Shown here one piece after another: positions 10,077-19,200 of a stretch of 64,000 bases of DNA (the first letter of the stretch is position 1; each line of letters begins with the position of its first letter). The notes under the pieces were generated by a model. It had not been told where the DNA came from, did no database searches, and worked only from the letters and a program-made list of their open reading frames with translations. The position numbers were made by a program, and so were the translations under genes. Source of the stretch: a virus; the IMG/VR virus record IMGVR_UViG_3300030085_004825, positions 58,392 through 122,391 of that record. The stretch is one strand, 5' to 3'.

Positions 10077-10084
10077 TATGTATA
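10077..10084 (+). promoter_or_regulatory. putative late promoter variant TATGTATA
   Basis: One mismatch to the late motif; upstream of 10117. Confidence 0.4.
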
Positions 10085-10116
10085 TAAAAACAAATAAAGT
10101 TATTTAAATAAAAATT

Positions 10117-10845
10117 ATGAGTGAATTTACAATCCCAACAGAAAAGGTTACCTTACCTTCAAAAGGTTTAATTTATCCAACTGATAGCGAATTATCAAAA
10201 GGTTATATTGAAATGAAATATATGACTGCTAAAGAAGAAGATATTCTTCTTAATCAAAGGTATATTAAAGAAGGAATTGCTATTGATAAATTATTACAAT
10301 CTTTAGTAGTAACCAAATTTGATTATAATGATTTAATTTTAGGAGATAAAAATGCTATTATGGTAGCTGCTCGTGTTTTAGGTTATGGTGGTGAGTATAA
10401 ATTTGATTATGGTGGTGAAGAACATAATATTGATTTATCTCAAATAGACCCTAAACCTATAGATGAATCATTGTTTGCTGCTGGTAATAATGAATTTGAA
10501 TATGTTCTTCCTTTTTCAAAAACTAATATTACTTTTAAAATTTTAACTCATAGAGATGAAACTAAATTGTTAAGAGAATTAGAAGGTCTTAAAAAGATTA
10601 ATAAAAATATCTCATCTGAAATTTCTACTAGAATGAAATATATTATTACATCTGTAGAAAATGATAGAGAAATTAAAACAATTAGAGATTTCGTTGATAA
10701 AAAATTATTAGCTAGAGACTCTCAAGCATTAAGAAAACACCTTAAAGAAATCCAACCAGACATAGATCTGACTTTTTTCCCCTCCTCAGATTCAGAAAGA
10801 GTTGCTATCCCAATCGGGGTTAACTTTTTTTGGCCTGACGTCTAA
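10117..10845 (+). CDS. baseplate hub assembly / tail assembly chaperone (gp26-like)
   Basis: LPSKG, MTAKEEDIL and DLILGD..AIMVAAR motifs; upstream of the tape measure gene. Confidence 0.65.
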   Translation: MSEFTIPTEKVTLPSKGLIYPTDSELSKGYIEMKYMTAKEEDILLNQRYIKEGIAIDKLLQSLVVTKFDYNDLILGDKNAIMVAARVLGYGGEYKFDYGGEEHNIDLSQIDPKPIDESLFAAGNNEFEYVLPFSKTNITFKILTHRDETKLLRELEGLKKINKNISSEISTRMKYIITSVENDREIKTIRDFVDKKLLARDSQALRKHLKEIQPDIDLTFFPSSDSERVAIPIGVNFFWPDV

Positions 10846-11116
10846 TCAACCGGAACAAATTAAAGAATACAGATTTGATTTGTATAGACAAATACATCAA
10901 ATCTGTTTTCATGGAAAAGGTGGGTATAGCTGGCCTATAGTATATGCTATGCCCTCTTATTTAAGAAAATTCATCTTTGATGAAATTAAAACTCATTATG
11001 AAGAAGAAAATAAAGCAAGTTCTTCTTCAAAATCATCTAACACTAAAACCCTCCACCCAGGTTCTAATTCTAAACCTACAAAGCCTATATCTACCCCTAA
11101 TTTTTCTAAAGGATAA
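10826..11116 (+). CDS. probable frameshift extension of the chaperone (gp51-like C-terminal part)
   Basis: +1 frame that overlaps the end of 10117-10845 across a T7 run; no ATG until about residue 50; MP..LRKF motif. Confidence 0.55.
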   Translation, partial: FFGLTSNQPEQIKEYRFDLYRQIHQICFHGKGGYSWPIVYAMPSYLRKFIFDEIKTHYEEENKASSSSKSSNTKTLHPGSNSKPTKPISTPNFSKG

Positions 11117-11143
11117 ATTATAAATAAACTTTTATATTTTTAA

Positions 11144-11151
11144 TATTTATA
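11144..11151 (+). promoter_or_regulatory. putative late promoter TATTTATA
   Basis: Upstream of the tape measure gene. Confidence 0.6.
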
Positions 11152-11164
11152 ATAAACCCATTCA

Positions 11165-13594
11165 ATGGCTAAAAATTTATACGGAAGACTAAAAGAATCT
11201 AAAATTGAAGCTCAAGAACTTCAAAGTTTAATTGAAAGGATCAATATTCAAGCTAACAGTATAGATTTTGATCCTGAAGGAAGTTTAAAAAATACAGTTG
11301 GTGACCTAAAAGAAATAAATTCTTTAGCTGATCAATTTTATAGTTACCAAAAAAGTATAGCACTTGGTGGTCAAAAGAATAAAAGTCTTACCGCTGATCA
11401 AGTAAAAGATTTATCTAAACAAGTTAGTTTAAAAAAAGCAGCTTTAAAAGCTGATCAAAAAGCATTTAATCAAAACCTAAAATCTTTACAAGCCCAAATA
11501 TCAGCTACACAGAAAAAAGGAGTTTTAGAAAAAGCTGAAATGGACAAGCTTAACCAACAGATAAAAACTAAAAACTACCTTGCTAGTAAACAAGAAGAAA
11601 TAAATAAAAGTCTTAAAAAAGGGGTTAAAGAAACTGAAAATTTAGAAAAGGAACTTAGAAAAGCAGCAAAACAAGCTACATATTTTGAACGATCAAATAA
11701 AGCTTTAGAAAAAATGAATAAACTCATGGAAGCTATTCCTTTTACTAGTATGCTTAATCCTCTAACAGCCTTTAATACTATAATATCATTTATAGTAAAA
11801 TCATTTGTAGAAATAGACACATCCACCGCTGCTGCAGCTAAAAGCTTAAATAGAAGCTACAGAGAAGTAGAGAATATAAGGTTAGGGATGAGAGAAATAG
11901 CTATGGATTCTGGTAACCAATTAGTTAATACTAGAGATATGTTAGAGGTTTTTGTTGCTATAAATGAAGATTTAGGAACAACATTAGATTTTACTAAAGG
12001 ACTGACTGAAGAACAACAAAAAGGAGTAGCATTTCTTGGAAAAATGTATAAATTTTCTGGTTTAACTCTTGATGAAGTTAAAGGTTTACAAAAGCTTTCT
12101 TTTTTTCAACGTAAAGATGTAGAAAAAATGTCTGGTGAACTAATGTCTCAATATAAATTATCCGGATTAAGATATAAAGTAGCTTTAAATGAGAAAAAAG
12201 TTTTAAAAGACATACAAAATACCTCAGCATTTTTTAAAATTAATATTGAAGGTGGAGCAGTTGGGTTAGCTGATGCATTAGCTGCTACCCAAGCATTAGC
12301 TGTATCTTTAGATCAAGTTAAAAATACTGCAGGGGGACTATTAAGTTTTGAACAATCAATAGAAAAAGAATTATCAGCCGAATTACTTTTAGGTAAAAAA
12401 ATAAATGGGGAGTACATGAGAACTCTTGCATTTAATAAGGATTATAAAGCATTAGCTGAAGAAATTAGAAATACTGTTGGTAGTTCTAGAGAAGAATTTG
12501 AAAGAAATGCTATTCAATCTCAAGCTTTAGCTGACTTTTTAGGAATGAGTGTTGAAAGTATGGCTCAAATGGTTTTTGATTCTGAAGCAGCACAAGAAGC
12601 TTCAAAAGAGACTGTTAATATTGAACAACAGAAAGTAAATTTACTTGGAAGTCAAACAGCAATAGCACAAGAACAATTAGAACTACAAAACCAACAAGTA
12701 GGTTTACTTGATACATTTGATGCTATACTCCAAAAATTCATAGACACTCAACTCCCTGGAATATTTGCAGGATTAGAGCTTATGAAAACTGCACTTAGTG
12801 ATGCTGGGGGATTTATGGAAAAAATATTAAGTACTTTTGACCTAATAAAAACCGCCATATCAGTAGCTGCAGGTCTTATAGCAGGAAAATTTATATTTCA
12901 AATAGCAAATGCTATTACTAAAGGGGTTATTCAATATAAACAAAATCAAGCAATAGAACAATCCTTAAATAGACAAAATTTATTAATAGCAGAACAAACT
13001 AGATTACAAGGATTATTATCATTAGAAAAAACTGAAGAAAGCCTTGTTACAGCAGCAACTTTACAGGCAGAAAGAGCAAAAGGAAATACTATATCACAAA
13101 ATATTATAAAACAATCAACTTTAACATCTGGAGCAGTAGTTGAAGCAGGAGCAAAATCTACAGCAGCTGTAGCAGGATCAGCTGGTCTTCTATTACCTGT
13201 TATATTAGGTGGTATTGCTGCAGTTGCATCAGCTATGGCTGTTTTTTCAGCAATGGATGATGGTGTTATAGGCCCGGGATATGGCAGTAGAGTACTTTTA
13301 ACTCCACAAGGGGGAATAGCATTTAATAATAAAGATACTATTGTAGCAGGTACTAATTTAACTAAAGGAAATGATGTAATATCTTCTCCTGAAGGTTCTA
13401 TTAGTTTAGGTGGTGGTAGTGATCCACGTTTACTTGAAGAAATAATGAAAATGAATAGAAACATAGAAAATCTAGCTAGTAGACCTGTAGATATAACAAC
13501 TAATATTGATGGAGAACCTTTAATAAACATAAAAGGTAATTTTCCTAATGAAGATGCTTTAGTTTCTGCTAAAGATAGTTTTAAAATATCATAA
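11165..13594 (+). CDS. tape measure protein
   Basis: Long helical A/L/K/E-rich protein with hydrophobic G/A segments; follows the chaperone genes. Confidence 0.75.
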   Translation: MAKNLYGRLKESKIEAQELQSLIERINIQANSIDFDPEGSLKNTVGDLKEINSLADQFYSYQKSIALGGQKNKSLTADQVKDLSKQVSLKKAALKADQKAFNQNLKSLQAQISATQKKGVLEKAEMDKLNQQIKTKNYLASKQEEINKSLKKGVKETENLEKELRKAAKQATYFERSNKALEKMNKLMEAIPFTSMLNPLTAFNTIISFIVKSFVEIDTSTAAAAKSLNRSYREVENIRLGMREIAMDSGNQLVNTRDMLEVFVAINEDLGTTLDFTKGLTEEQQKGVAFLGKMYKFSGLTLDEVKGLQKLSFFQRKDVEKMSGELMSQYKLSGLRYKVALNEKKVLKDIQNTSAFFKINIEGGAVGLADALAATQALAVSLDQVKNTAGGLLSFEQSIEKELSAELLLGKKINGEYMRTLAFNKDYKALAEEIRNTVGSSREEFERNAIQSQALADFLGMSVESMAQMVFDSEAAQEASKETVNIEQQKVNLLGSQTAIAQEQLELQNQQVGLLDTFDAILQKFIDTQLPGIFAGLELMKTALSDAGGFMEKILSTFDLIKTAISVAAGLIAGKFIFQIANAITKGVIQYKQNQAIEQSLNRQNLLIAEQTRLQGLLSLEKTEESLVTAATLQAERAKGNTISQNIIKQSTLTSGAVVEAGAKSTAAVAGSAGLLLPVILGGIAAVASAMAVFSAMDDGVIGPGYGSRVLLTPQGGIAFNNKDTIVAGTNLTKGNDVISSPEGSISLGGGSDPRLLEEIMKMNRNIENLASRPVDITTNIDGEPLINIKGNFPNEDALVSAKDSFKIS

Positions 13595-13601
13595 AATATA
13601 A

Positions 13602-13609
13602 TATTTATA
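13602..13609 (+). promoter_or_regulatory. putative late promoter TATTTATA
   Basis: Upstream of 13631. Confidence 0.6.
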
Positions 13610-13630
13610 ATAAAATAATAACTAAAAAAC

Positions 13631-13984
13631 ATGGGACTTAAAGAAAAATTAACTACTGATGGGTCAAAATTTACATACCCTGCTGATGGAGCTGTAGCTC
13701 AACCTTACAATGAAGATTTTACCCCTTCAACTAATGTATTAGCAACCAAAAATTCAGCTTTACATGCTACTAATAATGGTGAAGTAGGATACTCTCTTAC
13801 AGGAGCTAATCCTAGCATGGAAAACCCAGGAGGAGGTAGCTCTACAGTTACTAATGCTTCTGCTGAATATAAAGATGGAAATACTATATCTGATTTACCT
13901 AATGCTAGTACTTTAGATTTAAATGGTGGATTTGGACCTAATGGTAAATATGAAGATAATGCGCCTGAAGGAGCTAATTTTTAA
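13631..13984 (+). CDS. small structural hypothetical protein (paralogue of 13996-14367)
   Basis: Shares EDFTP..LATK.S.LH, GYS and LPN.S.L.L with the next gene. Confidence 0.55.
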   Translation: MGLKEKLTTDGSKFTYPADGAVAQPYNEDFTPSTNVLATKNSALHATNNGEVGYSLTGANPSMENPGGGSSTVTNASAEYKDGNTISDLPNASTLDLNGGFGPNGKYEDNAPEGANF

Positions 13985-13995
13985 TATAAACTCTA

Positions 13996-14367
13996 ATGGG
14001 AGACATTTTAAATACTTTAATAAGTACAGGCTCTTTATACACTTATAATGCTGTAAATGGTACTCCCCAAGTTTACCCTGAAGATTTTACTCCTCCAATT
14101 AGTCCATTAGCAACTAAAGATTCAACTTTACATTTTAACCCTAATGCTAAAAAAAATAAATTAGGTTATTCTACTATAGGCACAGCAATGAGTAACTATA
14201 ATACCTTTTTTCAAGATTGGGTTTCATCTAATAATAACACAGCTTACCTCCCTAACCCTTCAAATTTAGAACTTACAGATCCTGAAGGGTCAGACATTAA
14301 AAATAAACCTAAGTACAATTATATAAAAGGAAATAGATACCAAGACCAAAACTTTAAAATAGACTAA
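13996..14367 (+). CDS. small structural hypothetical protein (paralogue of 13631-13984)
   Basis: Same shared motifs as the preceding gene. Confidence 0.55.
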   Translation: MGDILNTLISTGSLYTYNAVNGTPQVYPEDFTPPISPLATKDSTLHFNPNAKKNKLGYSTIGTAMSNYNTFFQDWVSSNNNTAYLPNPSNLELTDPEGSDIKNKPKYNYIKGNRYQDQNFKID

Positions 14368-15912
14368 ATGGGATTATTTGAAATATTAACAAACCCCCCT
14401 GAAGGATTTACTTATTATTCTCAAACAGTATTTCCTAATCCTAATGCTGTATCTACACCTGATACATTTGGTCAAAGAAGCATAGATAGTAGTAATAAAC
14501 CTAAATATAAAGCCCCTAATAAAGTAGTAAAATTACCAAATGTAATAGGTAACAGTTATTCTAATCCTTTAGATAGAATAAGATATAATTCTAAATCATG
14601 GGGCCCTGATTTTATAACTCGAGGAAATCAATTTGGTACTGTAAGAACAGCAGATGATATAGAAAGATTTGTTAAATATTTTTTTCCTATTTCTGCTCAA
14701 CAAAATTCTGATCTTAGCACTACAATCTCATTAGAAGGATTTCAAAGAGGAGGAATATCAGGTTTATCTTTTATTTTAAAACAAAATTTACTGTCTCAAT
14801 TATTTGGTGATAAAACTATATATACTCCTTTATCTACTTTAACTCAAATTGGTATAAGTTTATCTGGTACATCTGTTAAAAAACAAGGATTTTTAAATAA
14901 AAAACTTAAAAAAGATGATTATGGTATTCAACCTGATTTTAGAAAAAAGATTTTAGGTCCTAACAAAAATGAAAAAACTGATTATCTTAGTGCATCACCT
15001 AATTATCAAGGAAATGGAAATATTGAAAAAAGAATTAATTTTAGAAGTGGAGGGACTAGAGGTAATGTATCTGATTATACCCAAGGAAAAAAGATATTTA
15101 AAGGAACTGAACCTCTTGGTCCATTAGATAAAATAAATGCTTCTCCAATATATGAATCTGAGCAAGCTTCAAATAATCCTATTTTTAAAGATTTATGCGA
15201 TTTTAGGATAGCTATTATTAATAATAATTCTATCCAAGAATCAACTTTAAAAAACTATTATTTACATTTTAGAGCTTATATAGAAAATTTTAGTGATTCT
15301 TTTGATGCTAAATGGAAAGGAATTGATTATATGGGTAGAGCAGAAGAGTTTTACAGGTATAGTGGATTTAAAAGAAAAATTAATTTATCATTTATGTTAG
15401 CTGCTTCTTCTAAAGAAGAATTATTACCTATGTATAAAAAATTAAATTTCCTTGCTTCCTCTTTAGCCCCTAGCTACTCAGAAAATGGCTATATGAGAGG
15501 TAATTTATCTAAAATAACAGTAGGAGATTATTTACATGAACAACCTGGCTTTATAGATAATATTAGTGTAACCATCCCAGATAATTCTCCTTGGGAAGTT
15601 AACTTAGGATTAGATGGTGAACCCTTATCTGATTTAAGACAATTGCCTCACCATTTAAAAGTTAAAATGAACTTCGTACCAATCCATGAATTTAGGCCTG
15701 AAATAATGAAATTAACTGAGCTAAAAAATCCTACAGATTTTACAGGAGACAACTTAAAAATAAAAGAACCTAGGTATGGTAAACAAAGATTTATATCTTT
15801 AAAAAACTCTACTGATGGCACTAAAGGAAGTTGGGGAACAGAAGACAATTCAGATTTAAATCTTAATAATTTTCAATCCCCTGGTAGTTTTATTAATGAT
15901 GAATTTGCTTAA
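14368..15912 (+). CDS. baseplate tube-initiator-like protein
   Basis: C-terminal tube-fold motifs FRAYI..FSDSF.AKW...YMGRAE.FY.Y.GF.R.I.LSF and ITVGD...PGFI...PWE. Confidence 0.6.
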   Translation: MGLFEILTNPPEGFTYYSQTVFPNPNAVSTPDTFGQRSIDSSNKPKYKAPNKVVKLPNVIGNSYSNPLDRIRYNSKSWGPDFITRGNQFGTVRTADDIERFVKYFFPISAQQNSDLSTTISLEGFQRGGISGLSFILKQNLLSQLFGDKTIYTPLSTLTQIGISLSGTSVKKQGFLNKKLKKDDYGIQPDFRKKILGPNKNEKTDYLSASPNYQGNGNIEKRINFRSGGTRGNVSDYTQGKKIFKGTEPLGPLDKINASPIYESEQASNNPIFKDLCDFRIAIINNNSIQESTLKNYYLHFRAYIENFSDSFDAKWKGIDYMGRAEEFYRYSGFKRKINLSFMLAASSKEELLPMYKKLNFLASSLAPSYSENGYMRGNLSKITVGDYLHEQPGFIDNISVTIPDNSPWEVNLGLDGEPLSDLRQLPHHLKVKMNFVPIHEFRPEIMKLTELKNPTDFTGDNLKIKEPRYGKQRFISLKNSTDGTKGSWGTEDNSDLNLNNFQSPGSFINDEFA

Positions 15913-15921
15913 TATAATTTT

Positions 15922-16233
15922 ATGAATAGATACTCTACAGCCAGAATATTACCTGCTACAGATGAAATAAAAAGAAGATATTCTAATATAAAATACCCTT
16001 CTATTTTACCTTCATCTAATGATATATATGTTCTTACTTCTTTAGGAGATAGGTATGATGTTTTAGCTTTAAATTATTATAGTGATACATCTTTATGGTG
16101 GATTATTTCTAAAGCTAATTCTTCTCAATCTACGGATTCATTATATCCAACAGTAGGTTCTCAAATTCGGATTCCATCACCTAGTAGGATTCCAACTATA
16201 TTAGCTGATTTTAAAAATTTAAATATATACTAA
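15922..16233 (+). CDS. LysM-like baseplate protein (gpX/gp53-like)
   Basis: GDRYDVLALNYYSDTSLWWII..AN...G.QIRIP motif. Confidence 0.75.
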   Translation: MNRYSTARILPATDEIKRRYSNIKYPSILPSSNDIYVLTSLGDRYDVLALNYYSDTSLWWIISKANSSQSTDSLYPTVGSQIRIPSPSRIPTILADFKNLNIY

Positions 16234-16247
16234 ATTTTAAATAAGTT

Positions 16248-19200
16248 ATGCCTAAAAAAATTCTTAAAAAAAATGTAGTAGGAGAAGAACTTCAATCTTA
16301 CGTCTCTAATCAAATTAAAAGAAGACAAAAAACTCATGGTAGTGGAGTACTTTCATCTAGAACAACAGAACAATTAGTTCAATTAAATTCTACTAATTCT
16401 TGGGTTAAACTTGCATCAGGAGTAGCAGTCACAGATAAAAAACTACAAGATTTAGGTATTTTTGCAGGTACTGGGTTAGAAGCTTTTAGAGGGATGGGTC
16501 TCGCTAAAAACCATATTTTATTTGGTGGAGTTTCTAATTTAACAAATAATGGTGATAATTACAAATTAAACCAGCAAAATGATTTTATAGGTACTTATGA
16601 ACCTGAACAAGATTTTGGGATAGTACCTATGCCTGGAATAAAAGATTTAACAATAAAAGCTTTAAATAGAGGTTCTTTAAAGAAAGCTATTATAAAAATT
16701 AAAGCCCAAAACAGAAATCAGTTAAATATTTTAGATGCACTTTATTTAAGATTAGGTTATACTGTATTATTAGAATGGGGAAATAGTAATTTTTTAACTA
16801 ATGAAGAAGGAAGACTAGAAAAAGTACAAGATACTATTTTAGAAAATAAAGAATTATTTTTTAATGAAGGTTGGCAAAACAAAGCCTATGATGATATTTT
16901 AAGAAAAGTTGAAGAATATAGAGTCCAATATCAAGGAAATTATGATGGAATGTTGGGTAAAGTATCTAACTTTGATTGGAAATTTAATAGTGATGGTTCT
17001 TATGATATAACATTAACTGTATTAAGTTATGGAGATATCATTGAATCTTTAAAAACCAATATAACAGCCCCTTCAAGTACATATACTTTTATTGATCAAA
17101 ATAGTATAGCATCACAAGAAGGAACTTCTGTAAATGATAATAGATCAAGTAACATTATCTTTACTTTATTACAAACTTTTAAAATAGTATCTAACTTAGA
17201 AAATGGCAAATACTTAACCCCTACAGTTACTATAAATAAAAATACTCCTAAAAAAATAGGAGATTTTATAGAACCTGGCCCTGAAACAATCATTACAGGT
17301 AAAAAAGAATTTTATTATAAAACAATAGCTAGACTTAAAAGAACCCTTAATAGTAAAGAAGTAACAAGTGATGAGCTTAAATATTATAAAATAACTCCTA
17401 ATTCAAGTGAATTAGATAAAAGATTTAAAGAATTAGCAACAGCAGATGTTGATGCTTTTAAAACTGTACCTTGGAATACTGTTGAAAAATTAGGAAATAA
17501 ACTAATAGTTAGAGAACCTAATGATGGGTGGGCACCTGCACAAGCTATCCCCTATAATGGTGGAAACTTACTTCGTTGGATAGTAAATGCAGGGACTGAA
17601 GAAATTGCAGATAAAGAATTTGAAATAAGAGCTTATGGGTTTGAATTAGAAGAATCAAGCACATTAAAAAATGATATCTGCAACCCCTCAGTACCAAATC
17701 ATACTCAAAAGTTTTTTATTCCTGAATTTGAAGATAACTTTAAAGAAACAGTACTTAATAAAAGCAATTTAGGCTCTCCTAACTCATTATTTAAAAAAAT
17801 TAGAAGAGACAATGTAGAATCACTTCTTAAAAATAAAAATACTATTTATGAACTTAATAGAACAGAACCTAACCAACCTAATAACAAAAATAAATTTATC
17901 TATGTAGAGGATGTTAGAGAAGAACCATGTGGGGATTGGAATAGTGATTTATTTGAAAGTTATGATAAGTTTAATGGTGTAGGTAAAGAACTAACATTAG
18001 ATTTAGAAAAAGTTAAAGAAAAAATAAGATCATTAACAAAATTTAGGGATGTAAAGGGTAATATAATTGATATAAAGATTAAACTTGATAGAACTATTAG
18101 AGTAAGCGGAGATACAATAATTAAAGACGATAATGTAAAAAATAAAGATATATTTCCTATCCAATTTAATCCAAAACAAAAAGCTGATTTTAGATTAACA
18201 GATCCTATAATAAATAAAAGAGTAATTGATATAAGAGTTAAATGGAAAAAAAGAGTAACTAATTTTGAATTTTTAAATTGGGAACTCCCTTCTCCTGGGT
18301 ATATAGGGTTAAAATCTTATACTGATATTAGTAATTCTAATTATAATGTTAATGATATAGGTAAAATATTTTATCCTGCTAATTTTCCTAATTTAGATAG
18401 AGAAGATATTGAATATTATTCATTAAAAAGTCTTTTAAGTAAAGAGGAAAAAAAGACTTATATAGCAGTAGATAGTGAAAAATTTAAACAAGGTAAAAGA
18501 GATAACTTATTAGTAAACGTAAAAAATGATTTTGATGTAATAGAATACCCTCAAGATTTTACAATACAAAAAGATAATTTAGGAGATTTTAATATTATAG
18601 ATGAAAATAGATATTTTACTTATCCTATTCAAAACTCTACTTTAACAACTAATTCATCCCCAAGATTAAAGCGCTATAAAAGTGAAACTACAGCTTCTTA
18701 CCCATCTGAATCTAATGATCTTAGAGACCCTAAAGTTAACTACCATTACCAACACCCTTATATAGTCTGGGGCCTATCAGGTTCTACAATTAATATAGAT
18801 AGTAACGGTTTTCAAATAGAAAGAGAAAAAGTTATATTTGATGGTTTAGAAAAAGGATATGGAGGAGAATCTAGAGGGGAAAGATTTACAGAGTTACCTA
18901 TTATAGAAAAAACACCTTTTGAGTTTACACCAGGTAGGGGACCTGCTTATTCTAGTGCAACTTTTAATGATCCTGCTTTTAAAGATAAATATAACGATGA
19001 TTTTGAAACTTATAAAAGTAACCAAGGAAATATTTTAGATAGTTACCCAAAACCCGAATACGATACAGAAGGTAACATAGTAAAAGATGGATATGAATTT
19101 TTTCATAGGTTTGTAGGAGAAACCCAAGAAAAAGCAAAATCAGATAAAAAGCCCTTTTATTGGGACTTATCATTTGAACAAGAAATAACCACTTTAAGTA

